DNA of 64,000 nucleotides from Caulobacteraceae bacterium UBA5005 (GTDB lineage Bacteria; Pseudomonadota; Alphaproteobacteria; Caulobacterales; Caulobacteraceae): NCBI GenBank assembly GCA_002398405.1, contig DGYN01000062.1, positions 6,746 to 70,745 of the forward strand, read 5' to 3'. Shown piece by piece: positions 18,218 to 28,010 of this stretch (position 1 is its first letter; each line of letters starts with the position of its first letter). The notes under the pieces were generated by a model. It saw only the letters and a program-made list of their open reading frames with translations, ran no database searches and was not told where the DNA came from. The position numbers and the translations under genes were made by a program.

Positions 18218-18901
18218 ATGCGTAAATTCGCCTATGCGGCGGCGGCGATCGTCGCGGCTTCACTGCTCGCGCCTGTTTCGGCGCATGCTGGCCTGATCTT
18301 TATGGCCAAATCGAATTGGGGCTGCCTGGTGAATTCCGGCGGCTCGGCCGTGCTGGGCAAGTGCAACAACAGCACGACCATCAACATGCAGTATATTCCG
18401 GGAGAGAACGTCTTCTACGGCCCGCTGCGGATGAACGGGGCGTGCCTGGACATCGTCAACAACCAGCTGCGCTTCGCGGCCTGTAACAACAGCCCTTCCC
18501 AAACCTGGAAGCTCAGTGGCAACGGCCAGCTGAACAATTCCTATTCCTGCGTGGTCGGCAGGGGCAACCAACTGGCGATCATGCCCTGCAACCAAGGGGG
18601 GCCGGGCGCGTGGATGTCGAGCGACATCACGCTGTACAGTGTGCCCGCCTCGGCCTCCATCCCGCCGGGAACCTTGCTGAAGAAGACGCCGCAGGGCCTG
18701 ACCAACCCGGCGGGGCAAGTCGTCGTAACGGCCGCCTCTCTGGTGGCCGCCGGCGGCGGTAATCTGGTGGCGGCGGGCGGCGGCAACCTGATCGGCATGG
18801 ACGGCTCGACCCTGGTCGCCGCCGGCGGCGGCAATCTGGTCGCCGCGGGGGGCGGCAACGCCGTCGCCGATGCGGCGCGCGCCGGCGCTTTCGGTCAGTA
18901 G
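18218..18901 (+). CDS. Secreted protein: small ricin-type beta-trefoil-like domain plus a C-terminal (LVAAGGGN) repeat region
   Basis: 227 aa. Signal peptide ...LLAPVSAHA. There are three internal C-x12-C units (C36/C49, C76/C89, C111/C124), two of which are followed by QTW or GAW. An 8-aa repeat block follows at the C-terminus. Confidence 0.65.
   Translation: MRKFAYAAAAIVAASLLAPVSAHAGLIFMAKSNWGCLVNSGGSAVLGKCNNSTTINMQYIPGENVFYGPLRMNGACLDIVNNQLRFAACNNSPSQTWKLSGNGQLNNSYSCVVGRGNQLAIMPCNQGGPGAWMSSDITLYSVPASASIPPGTLLKKTPQGLTNPAGQVVVTAASLVAAGGGNLVAAGGGNLIGMDGSTLVAAGGGNLVAAGGGNAVADAARAGAFGQ
18740..18859 (+). repeat. Five tandem 24-nt (8-codon) units inside the CDS
   Basis: The units encode LVAAGGGN / LVAAGGGN / LIGMDGST / LVAAGGGN / LVAAGGGN. 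The third unit is diverged. Confidence 0.85.
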
Positions 18902-18914
18902 CGGTTAATGGGGC

Positions 18915-18938
18915 GTCCCCGGGACGGGAGCCGGGGAC
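18915..18938. terminator. Hairpin between convergent genes (trefoil protein and phoB)
   Basis: GTCCCCGG-gacgggag-CCGGGGAC is a perfect 8-bp stem. No clear U-tract follows on either strand. Confidence 0.4.
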
Positions 18939-18942
18939 TGCC

Positions 18943-19635
18943 CTAGTTGTCCAGGTCCAGCGAATAGCCGGCGGACCGGACGGTCCTGACCGGGTCGGCC
19001 TCGCCGCCCAGCATGAGCGCCTTGCGCAGACGCCCAACGTGCACGTCGACGGTGCGGGCTTCGACATAGATGTCTGCGCCCCAGACGGTGTCCAGAAGCT
19101 GCTCGCGGCTGAACACCCGGCGCGGGTTCTGCATCAGATGGTCGAGCAGGCGAAACTCCGTGGGCCCTAAGTGCACTTCGCGCTCGCCCCGCCGAACCCG
19201 GTGGGCGACGCGGTCCAGGATGATGTCGCCGTGGCGGATGACATCCTCCGCCAGCCCCGGACGCACGCGGCGCAGCACCGCGCGGATGCGGGCGGCCAGT
19301 TCGGTCATCGAGACGGGTTTGACGATGTAGTCGTCGGCGCCGGTGTCCAGGCCCCGGATGCGGTCGGTTTCCTCGCCGCGGGCGGTGAGCATGATAATTG
19401 GGGTGTTGCGGGTCTTGCGGCTGGCCCGCAGGCGGCGGCAGACTTCGATGCCGGAAAGCTTGGGCAGCATCCAGTCGAGGACCACCAGATCCGGCGTCTC
19501 CTCGTCGGCGAGCAGCATGGCTTCTTCGCCATCCAGAGCCATGGCGACGCGATAGCCTTCCTTGTCGAGGTTGTATTGGAGGAGCTGGGCCAGCGCCTCT
19601 TCGTCTTCCGCAACGAGGATCCTGGGCGCCGCCAT
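18943..19635 (-). CDS. phoB: Phosphate regulon response regulator PhoB
   Basis: 230 aa from ATG 19635 (MAAPRILVAEDEEALAQLL...). Receiver domain plus OmpR-type winged helix. Its ATG overlaps the phoU stop (ATGA). The track ORF is extended 5' by 76 codons. Confidence 0.9.
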   Translation of the reverse strand: MAAPRILVAEDEEALAQLLQYNLDKEGYRVAMALDGEEAMLLADEETPDLVVLDWMLPKLSGIEVCRRLRASRKTRNTPIIMLTARGEETDRIRGLDTGADDYIVKPVSMTELAARIRAVLRRVRPGLAEDVIRHGDIILDRVAHRVRRGEREVHLGPTEFRLLDHLMQNPRRVFSREQLLDTVWGADIYVEARTVDVHVGRLRKALMLGGEADPVRTVRSAGYSLDLDN

Positions 19636-20321
19636 CAGATCGCTGCTCCCTTGGGCCTGGGCGCGGCTATGGTTTCGCCGGTGATCTCGTAGTGGATGAT
19701 CTCGGCAATGTTGGTCGCATGGTCGCCGATCCGTTCCAGGTTCTTGGCCACGAACAACAGGTGGGCGCAGGGGGTGATCGTGCGCGGGTCCCCCATCATA
19801 TAGGTCAGGAGCTCGCGGAACAGGCTGTTGTAGTGCTCGTCGACCTCCTGGTCGCGCTGCCACACGGCCGTGGCGCGGGAAAGATCGCTGGTGGTGTAGG
19901 CGTCGAGAACCTCGCGCAGGCGGTCGGCGACCAGCTTGCCCATCCGTTCGATCGACCGGGTGAGCGGCGTCACCGGCTCTGTCTCGGTGAGCACCAGGGC
20001 CCGCTTGGCGATGGACTTGGCGAGGTCGCCGCAGCGTTCAAGATTGCCGGCGATCTTAATGGCCGCCAGGGTGCGGCGAAGATCGTTGGCCATGGGCTGG
20101 CGAAGGGCGATCAGCCGGATGCAGCGTTTTTCGATGTCGATCTCCAAAAGATCGAGCCGCTCATCCCGCCCGACGACGGCCTCTGACAGGGCGACGTCGC
20201 GCCTCGCCACCGCATCGACCGCCGAGGCGACCTGGGCTTCGGCCAGGCCGCCCATGCGGGCGACCTCGGCCGCCAGCTGGGTCAACTCGTCTTCGTAGGA
20301 TTTGACGATGTGTTCGCTCAT
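19635..20321 (-). CDS. phoU: Phosphate signalling protein PhoU
   Basis: 228 aa with the duplicated PhoU repeat architecture. It sits between pstB and phoB. Confidence 0.9.
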   Translation of the reverse strand: MSEHIVKSYEDELTQLAAEVARMGGLAEAQVASAVDAVARRDVALSEAVVGRDERLDLLEIDIEKRCIRLIALRQPMANDLRRTLAAIKIAGNLERCGDLAKSIAKRALVLTETEPVTPLTRSIERMGKLVADRLREVLDAYTTSDLSRATAVWQRDQEVDEHYNSLFRELLTYMMGDPRTITPCAHLLFVAKNLERIGDHATNIAEIIHYEITGETIAAPRPKGAAI

Positions 20322-20331
20322 CTCGTCTTCC

Positions 20332-21164
<833 letters not shown>

Positions 21165-21168
<4 letters not shown>

Positions 21169-22478
21169 CAGCGGCGCTCAAACTTACGGCGGACGATCAC
21201 GGCCAGGAGGTTCATCAGGATCATGAACCCGATCAGCACCATGATGGCGGCGGCGGTCTTTTCATGGAAGGCGCGCTCGGACGCGGTCTCCCAGATGAAC
21301 ACCTGAACGGGAAGGACGGTGGCGGCGCTGGTCACGCTTTCCGGAATGCCGGGGTTGAACGAGACCATGCCGACCATAAGCAGGGGGGCGGTCTCCCCAA
21401 GGGCGTGGGCGAGGGAGAGGATCACCCCGGTCATGACGCCGGGCACCGCCAGAGGCAGGACGTGATGGAACACCGTCTGGGTGCGCGAGGCGCCGACGCC
21501 GAGCGCGGCTTCGCGGATCGACGGCGGCACGGCCTTGAGGGCCGAGCGGGTGGCGATGATCACTGTGGGCAGCGCCATCAGGGCCAGCACCAGGCCGCCG
21601 ACCAGGGGCGAGGACCTCGGAACCCCCATCCAGTTGATGAACAGGGCCAGCCCTAAGAGGCCGTAGACGATGGAGGGCACGGCGGCGAGGTTGTTGATGT
21701 TGACCTCAATGAGGTCGGTCCAGCGATTCTTCGGCGCGAACTCCTCCAGGTAGACGGCGGCCAGGACGCCGGTGGGCACGGCCAGCAGGGCGGTGACAAA
21801 CAGCATCAGGGCGGAGCCGACGATGGCGCCAAGAACGCCCGCCTGTTCCGGCTCGGTCGAGTCGGAGGCGGTGAAAAAGCGGGTATTGAAGCCCCCGGTG
21901 ATGACGCCCGCCTTCTCCAGCTTGTCGATCCAGTCCATCTGCTGGTCGCTGATCTTGCGGTCGCCCTCGGCGGTCTCGCGCTTGATCTCGTGCTTGAGAT
22001 AGAGCTGGGCGTCGGCCTTGACCGGGCCCTTCAGGGTGAGGGTCTTTCCGACCAGGTTCGGATCCTTGCGGATCTGGTCGAGCAGATTGAAGCCCAGATC
22101 GGTGGAGACCAGCTCCTGGGCGGCCAGCAGGTTCTCGCCCAGTTCGTCGTTGGGCGCTCCGATCTTGGCCAGCAGGGCCTCGGCGATCAGGGCGTCGTAA
22201 TTGGCCCCCATGGGATTGGCGCGGTCAACCCTCAAGGGGTCGATATAAACCGGCAGGGAAACCTCATAGGCCGTGAAGGCGTGATAGCCCTGGGAGACGA
22301 TGCGGCCGAGCAGGGTCACCAGGAAGGCCAGGGCGACGAAGATCGCCAGCCGGCCGTAGAACCGGAACCGCTTTTCGGCGGCGTTGCGCTTCTTCACCCG
22401 CGCTTCGAAATCGGCGGTGCGTCCGCGACGGGGGTCGGGGGCGCCGGCGGCGTCTGCGGTGAGCAGGGCGTCAGTCAT
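21165..22478 (-). CDS. pstA: Phosphate ABC transporter permease PstA
   Basis: 437 aa polytopic permease. It overlaps the pstC 3' end by 8 nt and occupies the pstA position in the operon. Confidence 0.85.
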
Positions 22479-23883
22479 ACTGTTCCCGGTATTTCTGCAC
22501 CACGCGCATGGCGATGACGTTGAGGGTCAGGGTGACAAGGAAGAGGGTCAGGCCAAGGCCAAAGGCGGCCAGGGTCTTGGGGCTGTCGAACTCCTGGTCG
22601 CCGGTCAGAAGGGTGACGATCTGCACCGTCACCGTGGTCACCGTTTCCAGGGGATTGAGGGTTAGCTTGGCCTGAAGGCCGGCGGCCATGGTGACGATCA
22701 TGGTCTCGCCTATGGCCCGCGACACCGCCAGCAGCATGGCGGCCATGACGCCCGGCAGGGCGGCGGGCAGGACGACGTTCTTGATCGTCTCGGACTTGGT
22801 TGCGCCCATAGCCAGCGAGCCGTCGCGCAGGGACTGGGGTACGGCATTGATGATGTCGTCGGACAGGGACGAGACAAACGGGATCAACATGATGCCCATG
22901 ACCACGCCCGCGGTGAGCGCCATCTGGTTCTGGACCTGCATCAGATAGTCGCCGAGAGGCCCGCCGGTCTGGGCGCCGACCCAGTTGAAGAAGGCGCGGA
23001 AGATCGGGCCGACGGTCAGGGCGGCGAAGAAGCCGTAGACCACGGTCGGAATGCCGGCGAGGACCTCAAGCAGGGGCTTGATAACCCCCCGGCTCGTCTT
23101 GTGGGCGTATTCCGACAGGTAGATCGCCGAATAGAGCCCGATGGGCGCGGCGACGATCATGGCGATCAGCATGACCAGGAAGGTGCCGGCGAACAGCGGC
23201 ACGGCCCCGAACGCCCCATCGGCCGCCACCTGATCGGTGCGCATGGCGATCTGCGGGCTCCACTCGGTTCCAAACAGGAAGGCCAGCGGCGAGACTGACT
23301 GGAAGAAGCGGAAGGCCTCGAAGGCCAGAGAGGCGACAATGCCGATCGTGGTCAGGACCGCCAGGGTCGAACAGGCGATGAGCAGGCCGCTGACCCAGCC
23401 TTCGACCCGGTTGCGGGCGCGGAAATCAGGTTTGAGGCGCGAGAAGGCCAGGGCGAAACCGCCCAGCGCCAGGGCGATGGCCAGGCCGATTGCGGCGGTC
23501 AGGAAAATCTGATGCTGGCGTGCCGACTGCGCCGCCTTGGCGTCGAGGTGCGCCTTCAGCGGGCCGAAATCATAGGTCCCGCTGGTCGCCTTGCCGGCGG
23601 CCAGGGCGCGGGCGTCGCCGTAGAAGACTTCCTGCTGTTCGGAGGGCAGTTCCGCCACCGCGGCCGGGGCGTCGGCCGAGAGCATGGCGTGCTCGATGCG
23701 GCCGCCGAACACCAGAACGACCGCCAACAGGAGTCCCGCCGGGACCACCGCCCAGAGGGCGACATAGGCGCCTTGATAGTTGGGCCGCGAATGCCCCTTC
23801 CCCGCCGCCTTCGCCTTGCGGCGGCCAAGGCCATAGGCCAGGGCCGAGAGTGCGGTGAGCAGGACGAGAACGATCCAGACCAT
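22471..23883 (-). CDS. pstC: Phosphate ABC transporter permease PstC
   Basis: 470 aa polytopic permease. It is the first gene of the operon, directly downstream of the Pho boxes. Confidence 0.85.
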   Translation of the reverse strand: MVWIVLVLLTALSALAYGLGRRKAKAAGKGHSRPNYQGAYVALWAVVPAGLLLAVVLVFGGRIEHAMLSADAPAAVAELPSEQQEVFYGDARALAAGKATSGTYDFGPLKAHLDAKAAQSARQHQIFLTAAIGLAIALALGGFALAFSRLKPDFRARNRVEGWVSGLLIACSTLAVLTTIGIVASLAFEAFRFFQSVSPLAFLFGTEWSPQIAMRTDQVAADGAFGAVPLFAGTFLVMLIAMIVAAPIGLYSAIYLSEYAHKTSRGVIKPLLEVLAGIPTVVYGFFAALTVGPIFRAFFNWVGAQTGGPLGDYLMQVQNQMALTAGVVMGIMLIPFVSSLSDDIINAVPQSLRDGSLAMGATKSETIKNVVLPAALPGVMAAMLLAVSRAIGETMIVTMAAGLQAKLTLNPLETVTTVTVQIVTLLTGDQEFDSPKTLAAFGLGLTLFLVTLTLNVIAMRVVQKYREQYD

Positions 23884-23912
23884 GGCTCAGGTCCATGCAG
23901 GGGCGGCGTTTC

Positions 23913-23947
23913 ATGTATGCGACAGTTCAGTGACAGTTTGATGACGG
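23913..23947 (-). promoter_or_regulatory. Pho box array and -10 element of the pstC promoter
   Basis: The minus strand reads CCGTCAT-caaa-CTGTCAC-tgaa-CTGTCGC-ATACAT. That is three CTGTCAY-like heptamers at an 11-bp period (23947-23941, 23936-23930, 23925-23919). An ATACAT -10-like hexamer (23918-23913) lies about 30 nt before the pstC ATG. Confidence 0.6.
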
Positions 23948-24091
23948 TCGGGGGATAACCGCCGGCGCCGGCGTTTCCCCGGCAAAACTGAGGCCTCATA
24001 GAATTTCTCGGCCATTCTCCAGTTAATTCCTATTTCTCCGATCGAGATTAAGAACTAAGCGTCTCCCCGTTCAAGAATGGGGATACTTCTT

Positions 24092-26545
24092 ATGACCACC
24101 GTTGAGCGTCTCGCCGCGCCGATCTTTACCGCCACCCTGGCCGCCCTGCTTTGCGGCGCCGCGCCGCAGGCCCTGGCCCAGGAGGCCACGCCACCGGCCC
24201 CGCAGATCATCCAGGATGAGGAAACCGACCTGGGTGAAGTCGTCGTCACCGCCCGGCGCCGGGTGGAAACCATCCAGGACGTTCCGATCGCCGTCGCGGT
24301 TGTGCAGGGCGACAAGGTCGAGGCGACCGGATCGTTCAACACCCAGCGGCTGACGCAACTGGTGCCGACCCTGCAGGTGCAGTCGTCGAACCCGCGCAAC
24401 ACGGCGATCAACATCCGGGGCCTGGGCGTGCCCTACGGTCTGACCAGCGACGGCTTCGACCAGGGCGTCGGCATCTATATCGATGACGTCTACAACGCCC
24501 GCCCCGCCGCCGGGGTCTTCGACTTCGTCGACGTCGACCGGATCGAGGTCCTGCGGGGCCCGCAAGGCACGCTCTACGGCAAGAACACGACGGCAGGCGC
24601 CGTCAACATCACCACCAAGGCCCCGACCTTCGATTTCGAGGCGGGCGGCGAACTCACCGCCGGCGACTATGATTTCAAACAAGCCAAGGCGACGATCTCC
24701 GGGCCGCTCTCGGACAGCGTGGCCGTGCGCCTGGCGGTCTCCAACACCACCCGCCGGGGGACGATCTACAACGCCGTCCAGCAGCAGTTCGTCAATGAGA
24801 TCGACAACCTGGGCATCCGTGGGCAGCTGTTGTTCAAGCCCAATGACGACCTCGCCATCACCCTGGCGGCGGACTTCAACTCGCAGGACGCCGAATGCTG
24901 CGTGCAGGTTTTTGTCCGCACCGGCCCGACCCAGCGTCCGCTGAACCGGCAGTTTGCGGCCCTTGCCGCTCTTCAGAACTACACCCCGGTCAGTACCAAT
25001 CCCTTTGACCGGCTGACGGATTCGGACGTCAACGCCAACGCCGGCAACATCATCCGCGGCTTCTCGGGCCGCGCCGTGTGGGCCGTCGGTCCGGGGACCC
25101 TGACTGCGGTTTCCGCCACCCGCGAATGGGACTGGAAGCCCAGCAACGACCGCGATTTCACGGGCCTGTCCATCGTTTCCCAGTCACAAAACCCCTCGCA
25201 GCAGGAGCAGACCACCCACGAGGTCCGCTACAATTTCGTGGGCGAGAAGTTCGACTTCGTGACCGGCGTTTTCTACTTCCACCAACAGATCGACACCCAG
25301 GGCTTGGAGTCACACGGCCCCAATTCCAGCCGCTGGAGCATCAATCCCACCAGCGCCCTTTCCCTCGACCCCTCGGTGCTCAACGGCCTGACCGCCTTCA
25401 ACACCCAGTTTCTGGAAGCCGAGAGCTTCGCCCTGTTCGGCAAGGCCAACTGGAAGCTGAACGACCAGTGGACGGTCTCGCCGGGCCTGCGGTTCAACAC
25501 GGATGAAAAGACCGGTTCCTACGAGCGTGTGGTCCGCGACGGGGCCGGCAACATCGTGCCGTTCAGCCTGACGCCGACGACGCGCCAGGCGGCCCAACTG
25601 GCCATCTTCGCCCCCCAGGTCAGCGCTCAGCGGTTCGACGACGACAATATCAGCGGCGACTTCACGGTCAGCTACCAGGCCACCGACGACATCCTGACCT
25701 ATACGACCTACGCCAAGAGCTTCAAGAGCGGCGGCATCAACCAGAATGGCCTGCCGACCAATGCGGCCAACCAGCCGATCCTCGAGGCCGCCGTCATCAA
25801 GCCGGAGGACGTCAGCCACTTCGAACTGGGCATCAAAACCCAGTGGGCGGAGCGGGTCTTCACCCTCAACGCCACCGCCTTCCGCACCGACATCGAAGAC
25901 TACCAGGTGACGGTGAACAACGGCCAGTTCGGCGTCCTGCGCGGTTATCTCGCCAACGCCGGCGGCGTCCGCAGCCAGGGGGTCGAGTTTGAGACCGTCT
26001 ACCGCCCGAGCCGCCAGTTCCGCGGCTATCTCAACGGCGCCTATACCGACGCGACCTACACCAAGTTCGTCGACGCCCCCTGCCCTCCGGAACTGTCGGG
26101 CGGCACGATCGCCACCGGGACTCAGGTTCCGGGCGCTGCCGGCGTTCCCGGCGCGCTCAGCCCGGCCAACTGCGACATCTCCGGTCAGCGTCTGCCGGGC
26201 GTCTCCGAATGGGCCTTCTCCTACGGCTTCGAAGCGAGCGCTCCGTTCAACTTCCTGGCCCGGGACGGCGATGTCTACTTCGGCTACGACGGCAGCTACC
26301 GCTCGGACTGGTCGTCGAACCCGGCGCCCTCTGCCTACACCTGGGTGGACGCCGCCCATATCGCCAACTTCCGCGCCGGGTTCCGGACACCGGAGGGCCT
26401 CAACATCTATGCCTGGGTGCGTAACGCCTTCGACGAGGAGACCTTCGACTTCCTCACGGTTGGGCCCAGCAGCACCGGCCTGATCGCCGGCCAGCCCGCG
26501 GATCCGAGGACCTACGGCGTCACGTTGAAGGCCTCGTTCAAGTAA
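24092..26545 (+). CDS. TonB-dependent outer-membrane receptor
   Basis: 817 aa from ATG 24092 (MTTVERLAAPIFTATLAALLCGAAPQALAQE; the track starts at ATG 24077). TonB-box/plug region DLGEVVVTARRRVETIQDVPIAV...RIEVLRGPQGTLYGKNTTAGAVNI. A long beta-barrel follows. Confidence 0.85.
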   Translation: MTTVERLAAPIFTATLAALLCGAAPQALAQEATPPAPQIIQDEETDLGEVVVTARRRVETIQDVPIAVAVVQGDKVEATGSFNTQRLTQLVPTLQVQSSNPRNTAINIRGLGVPYGLTSDGFDQGVGIYIDDVYNARPAAGVFDFVDVDRIEVLRGPQGTLYGKNTTAGAVNITTKAPTFDFEAGGELTAGDYDFKQAKATISGPLSDSVAVRLAVSNTTRRGTIYNAVQQQFVNEIDNLGIRGQLLFKPNDDLAITLAADFNSQDAECCVQVFVRTGPTQRPLNRQFAALAALQNYTPVSTNPFDRLTDSDVNANAGNIIRGFSGRAVWAVGPGTLTAVSATREWDWKPSNDRDFTGLSIVSQSQNPSQQEQTTHEVRYNFVGEKFDFVTGVFYFHQQIDTQGLESHGPNSSRWSINPTSALSLDPSVLNGLTAFNTQFLEAESFALFGKANWKLNDQWTVSPGLRFNTDEKTGSYERVVRDGAGNIVPFSLTPTTRQAAQLAIFAPQVSAQRFDDDNISGDFTVSYQATDDILTYTTYAKSFKSGGINQNGLPTNAANQPILEAAVIKPEDVSHFELGIKTQWAERVFTLNATAFRTDIEDYQVTVNNGQFGVLRGYLANAGGVRSQGVEFETVYRPSRQFRGYLNGAYTDATYTKFVDAPCPPELSGGTIATGTQVPGAAGVPGALSPANCDISGQRLPGVSEWAFSYGFEASAPFNFLARDGDVYFGYDGSYRSDWSSNPAPSAYTWVDAAHIANFRAGFRTPEGLNIYAWVRNAFDEETFDFLTVGPSSTGLIAGQPADPRTYGVTLKASFK

Positions 26546-26571
26546 GTCTGTCATAAAAGTGTAGAATTGCG

Positions 26572-26605
26572 GGGTTGGCGCGGGTAGGTCTGCGCCAACC
26601 CTTTT
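26572..26605 (+). terminator. Rho-independent terminator after the TonB receptor
   Basis: GGGTTGGCGC-gggtaggtct-GCGCCAACCC is a perfect 10-bp stem, followed by TTTT. Confidence 0.7.
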
Positions 26606-26633
26606 GCATGACCACAAGGCAGGCGACGATCCC

Positions 26634-28004
26634 ATGGCAGCCCGGCGCCTGTCTCTGATCCTTTCGGCCCTTGTCGCCACCTGCGCCTCGCCGGCCTTCG
26701 CCCAGGAAAAGCCCTGGACTCTGCATGAGGCGCTGGACGCCCCGGACAATCTGAAACTCTCCGGCAGCATCCGGCTCCGGCAGGAAAACCTCGACGGTCA
26801 GTACCGCGCCGGGGCCGACCCGTCGGACAGCCTCACCAGCCTGCGCACCCTGATCTTCGCCGAATACAAGACCGGCCAGGTTCGGTTCGGGGGCGAAATC
26901 CAGGACAGCCGCGGCTTTGGCGGCAAGCTTGGCGGGGCCGTCAGCGCCAATGACGTCAACGCCCTGGAGCCGATCCAGGCCTATGTGGCCCGCGACTTCA
27001 GGGAGCCCTTCGGACCTGGGACCTCCGCCACCGCCCAGGCGGGGCGCTTCACCCTCAATCTCGGCTCCCGGCGCCTGGTCGCCGCCGACGACTACCGCAA
27101 CACCACCAACGGCTACACGGGCCTGCGCCTGGACGCCAAGGGCCGCGGCGGTCTGGCCGCCACCTTCATCTACACCCTGCCCCAGGTTCGCCTGCCCGAG
27201 GACAAGCCCTCAGTGATCGACAACGAGGTCAAGTTCGACCTGGAAAGCGCCGACCTGGCGCTGTGGGGAGGCCTGGTCTCCAAACCCCTGTTCAAGGGCG
27301 GCCCGCTGGTGGAAGCCTCCTTCTTCGCCCTGGACGAGGCGGATGCGCCGGGCCGGCCGACCCGGGACCGCGACCTCGACACCGTTGGCGCCCGGATCAT
27401 CCAGAACCCCGCGCCGGGGTCCTTCGACTACGAGGCCGAATACATCCATCAGACCGGTTCGATCCGGGCGAGCCTGAGTCCAACAGCCCGGATCCTGGAT
27501 GTGGAAGCCCACTTCCTGCACGTGGATTTCGGCTACAGTTTCAAAGGGGCGTGGAGTCCCCGCGTCTCCTTCGACTACGACTACGCCAGCGGGGACGATG
27601 CGGATCCAAGCTTTGGACGGTTCGACGCCCTGTTCGGCATGCGCCGCGGCGAGCTGGCGCCCTCTGGCATCTATGCCGCCATCGGCCGGACCAACCTGAA
27701 TGCGCCAGGGATCCGGGTCGAGGTGACGCCCAGCAAGCGCCTGGACGGTTTTTTCACCTACAAGGCCCTGTGGGCAGCGTCGGAGACGGACAGCTTCTCG
27801 TCCACCGGCCTTCGCCCGCCCGCCGGGACCACTGATCGCTACGCCGGCCAGCAGATCGACGGCCGCCTGCGCTATTGGGTGATCCCGGACTCGCTTCGGC
27901 TCGAGGTCACTGCCGTGATCCTGTTCGACAAGGGCCGGATGTTCGAGAGCGTTAGGACCAAGCCGACCCGCTACGGCTCAATCGCCTTGACGAAATCCTT
28001 CTGA
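26634..28004 (+). CDS. Outer-membrane beta-barrel porin (alginate-export/AlgE-like family, tentative)
   Basis: 456 aa from ATG 26634 (MAARRLSLILSALVATCASPAFAQ). Alternating beta-strand pattern and a C-terminal Phe (...ALTKSF). GSIRLRQENLDGQYR resembles the family N-terminus. The track start, TTG 26604, lies inside the terminator. Confidence 0.5.
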   Translation: MAARRLSLILSALVATCASPAFAQEKPWTLHEALDAPDNLKLSGSIRLRQENLDGQYRAGADPSDSLTSLRTLIFAEYKTGQVRFGGEIQDSRGFGGKLGGAVSANDVNALEPIQAYVARDFREPFGPGTSATAQAGRFTLNLGSRRLVAADDYRNTTNGYTGLRLDAKGRGGLAATFIYTLPQVRLPEDKPSVIDNEVKFDLESADLALWGGLVSKPLFKGGPLVEASFFALDEADAPGRPTRDRDLDTVGARIIQNPAPGSFDYEAEYIHQTGSIRASLSPTARILDVEAHFLHVDFGYSFKGAWSPRVSFDYDYASGDDADPSFGRFDALFGMRRGELAPSGIYAAIGRTNLNAPGIRVEVTPSKRLDGFFTYKALWAASETDSFSSTGLRPPAGTTDRYAGQQIDGRLRYWVIPDSLRLEVTAVILFDKGRMFESVRTKPTRYGSIALTKSF

Positions 28005-28010
28005 GAAATT

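Noticed and set aside
23948-24091. TTAA-containing, AT-richer stretch (ttaattcctatttctcc...gattaagaactaa) as a possible CtrA box (TTAA-N7-TTAA) upstream of the TonB receptor.
   Set aside because: No pair of TTAA half-sites has the required 7-nt spacing.
26548-26567. A Pho-box-like CTGTCATAAAAGTGTAGA plus a TAGAAT -10-like hexamer just after the TonB receptor stop, upstream of the porin gene.
   Set aside because: Only the first heptamer is good. The spacing to the -10-like element is too short for a PhoB-type promoter. Any transcript starting here would run straight into the strong terminator hairpin at 26572-26605. I keep it only as a remote attenuator-type possibility.
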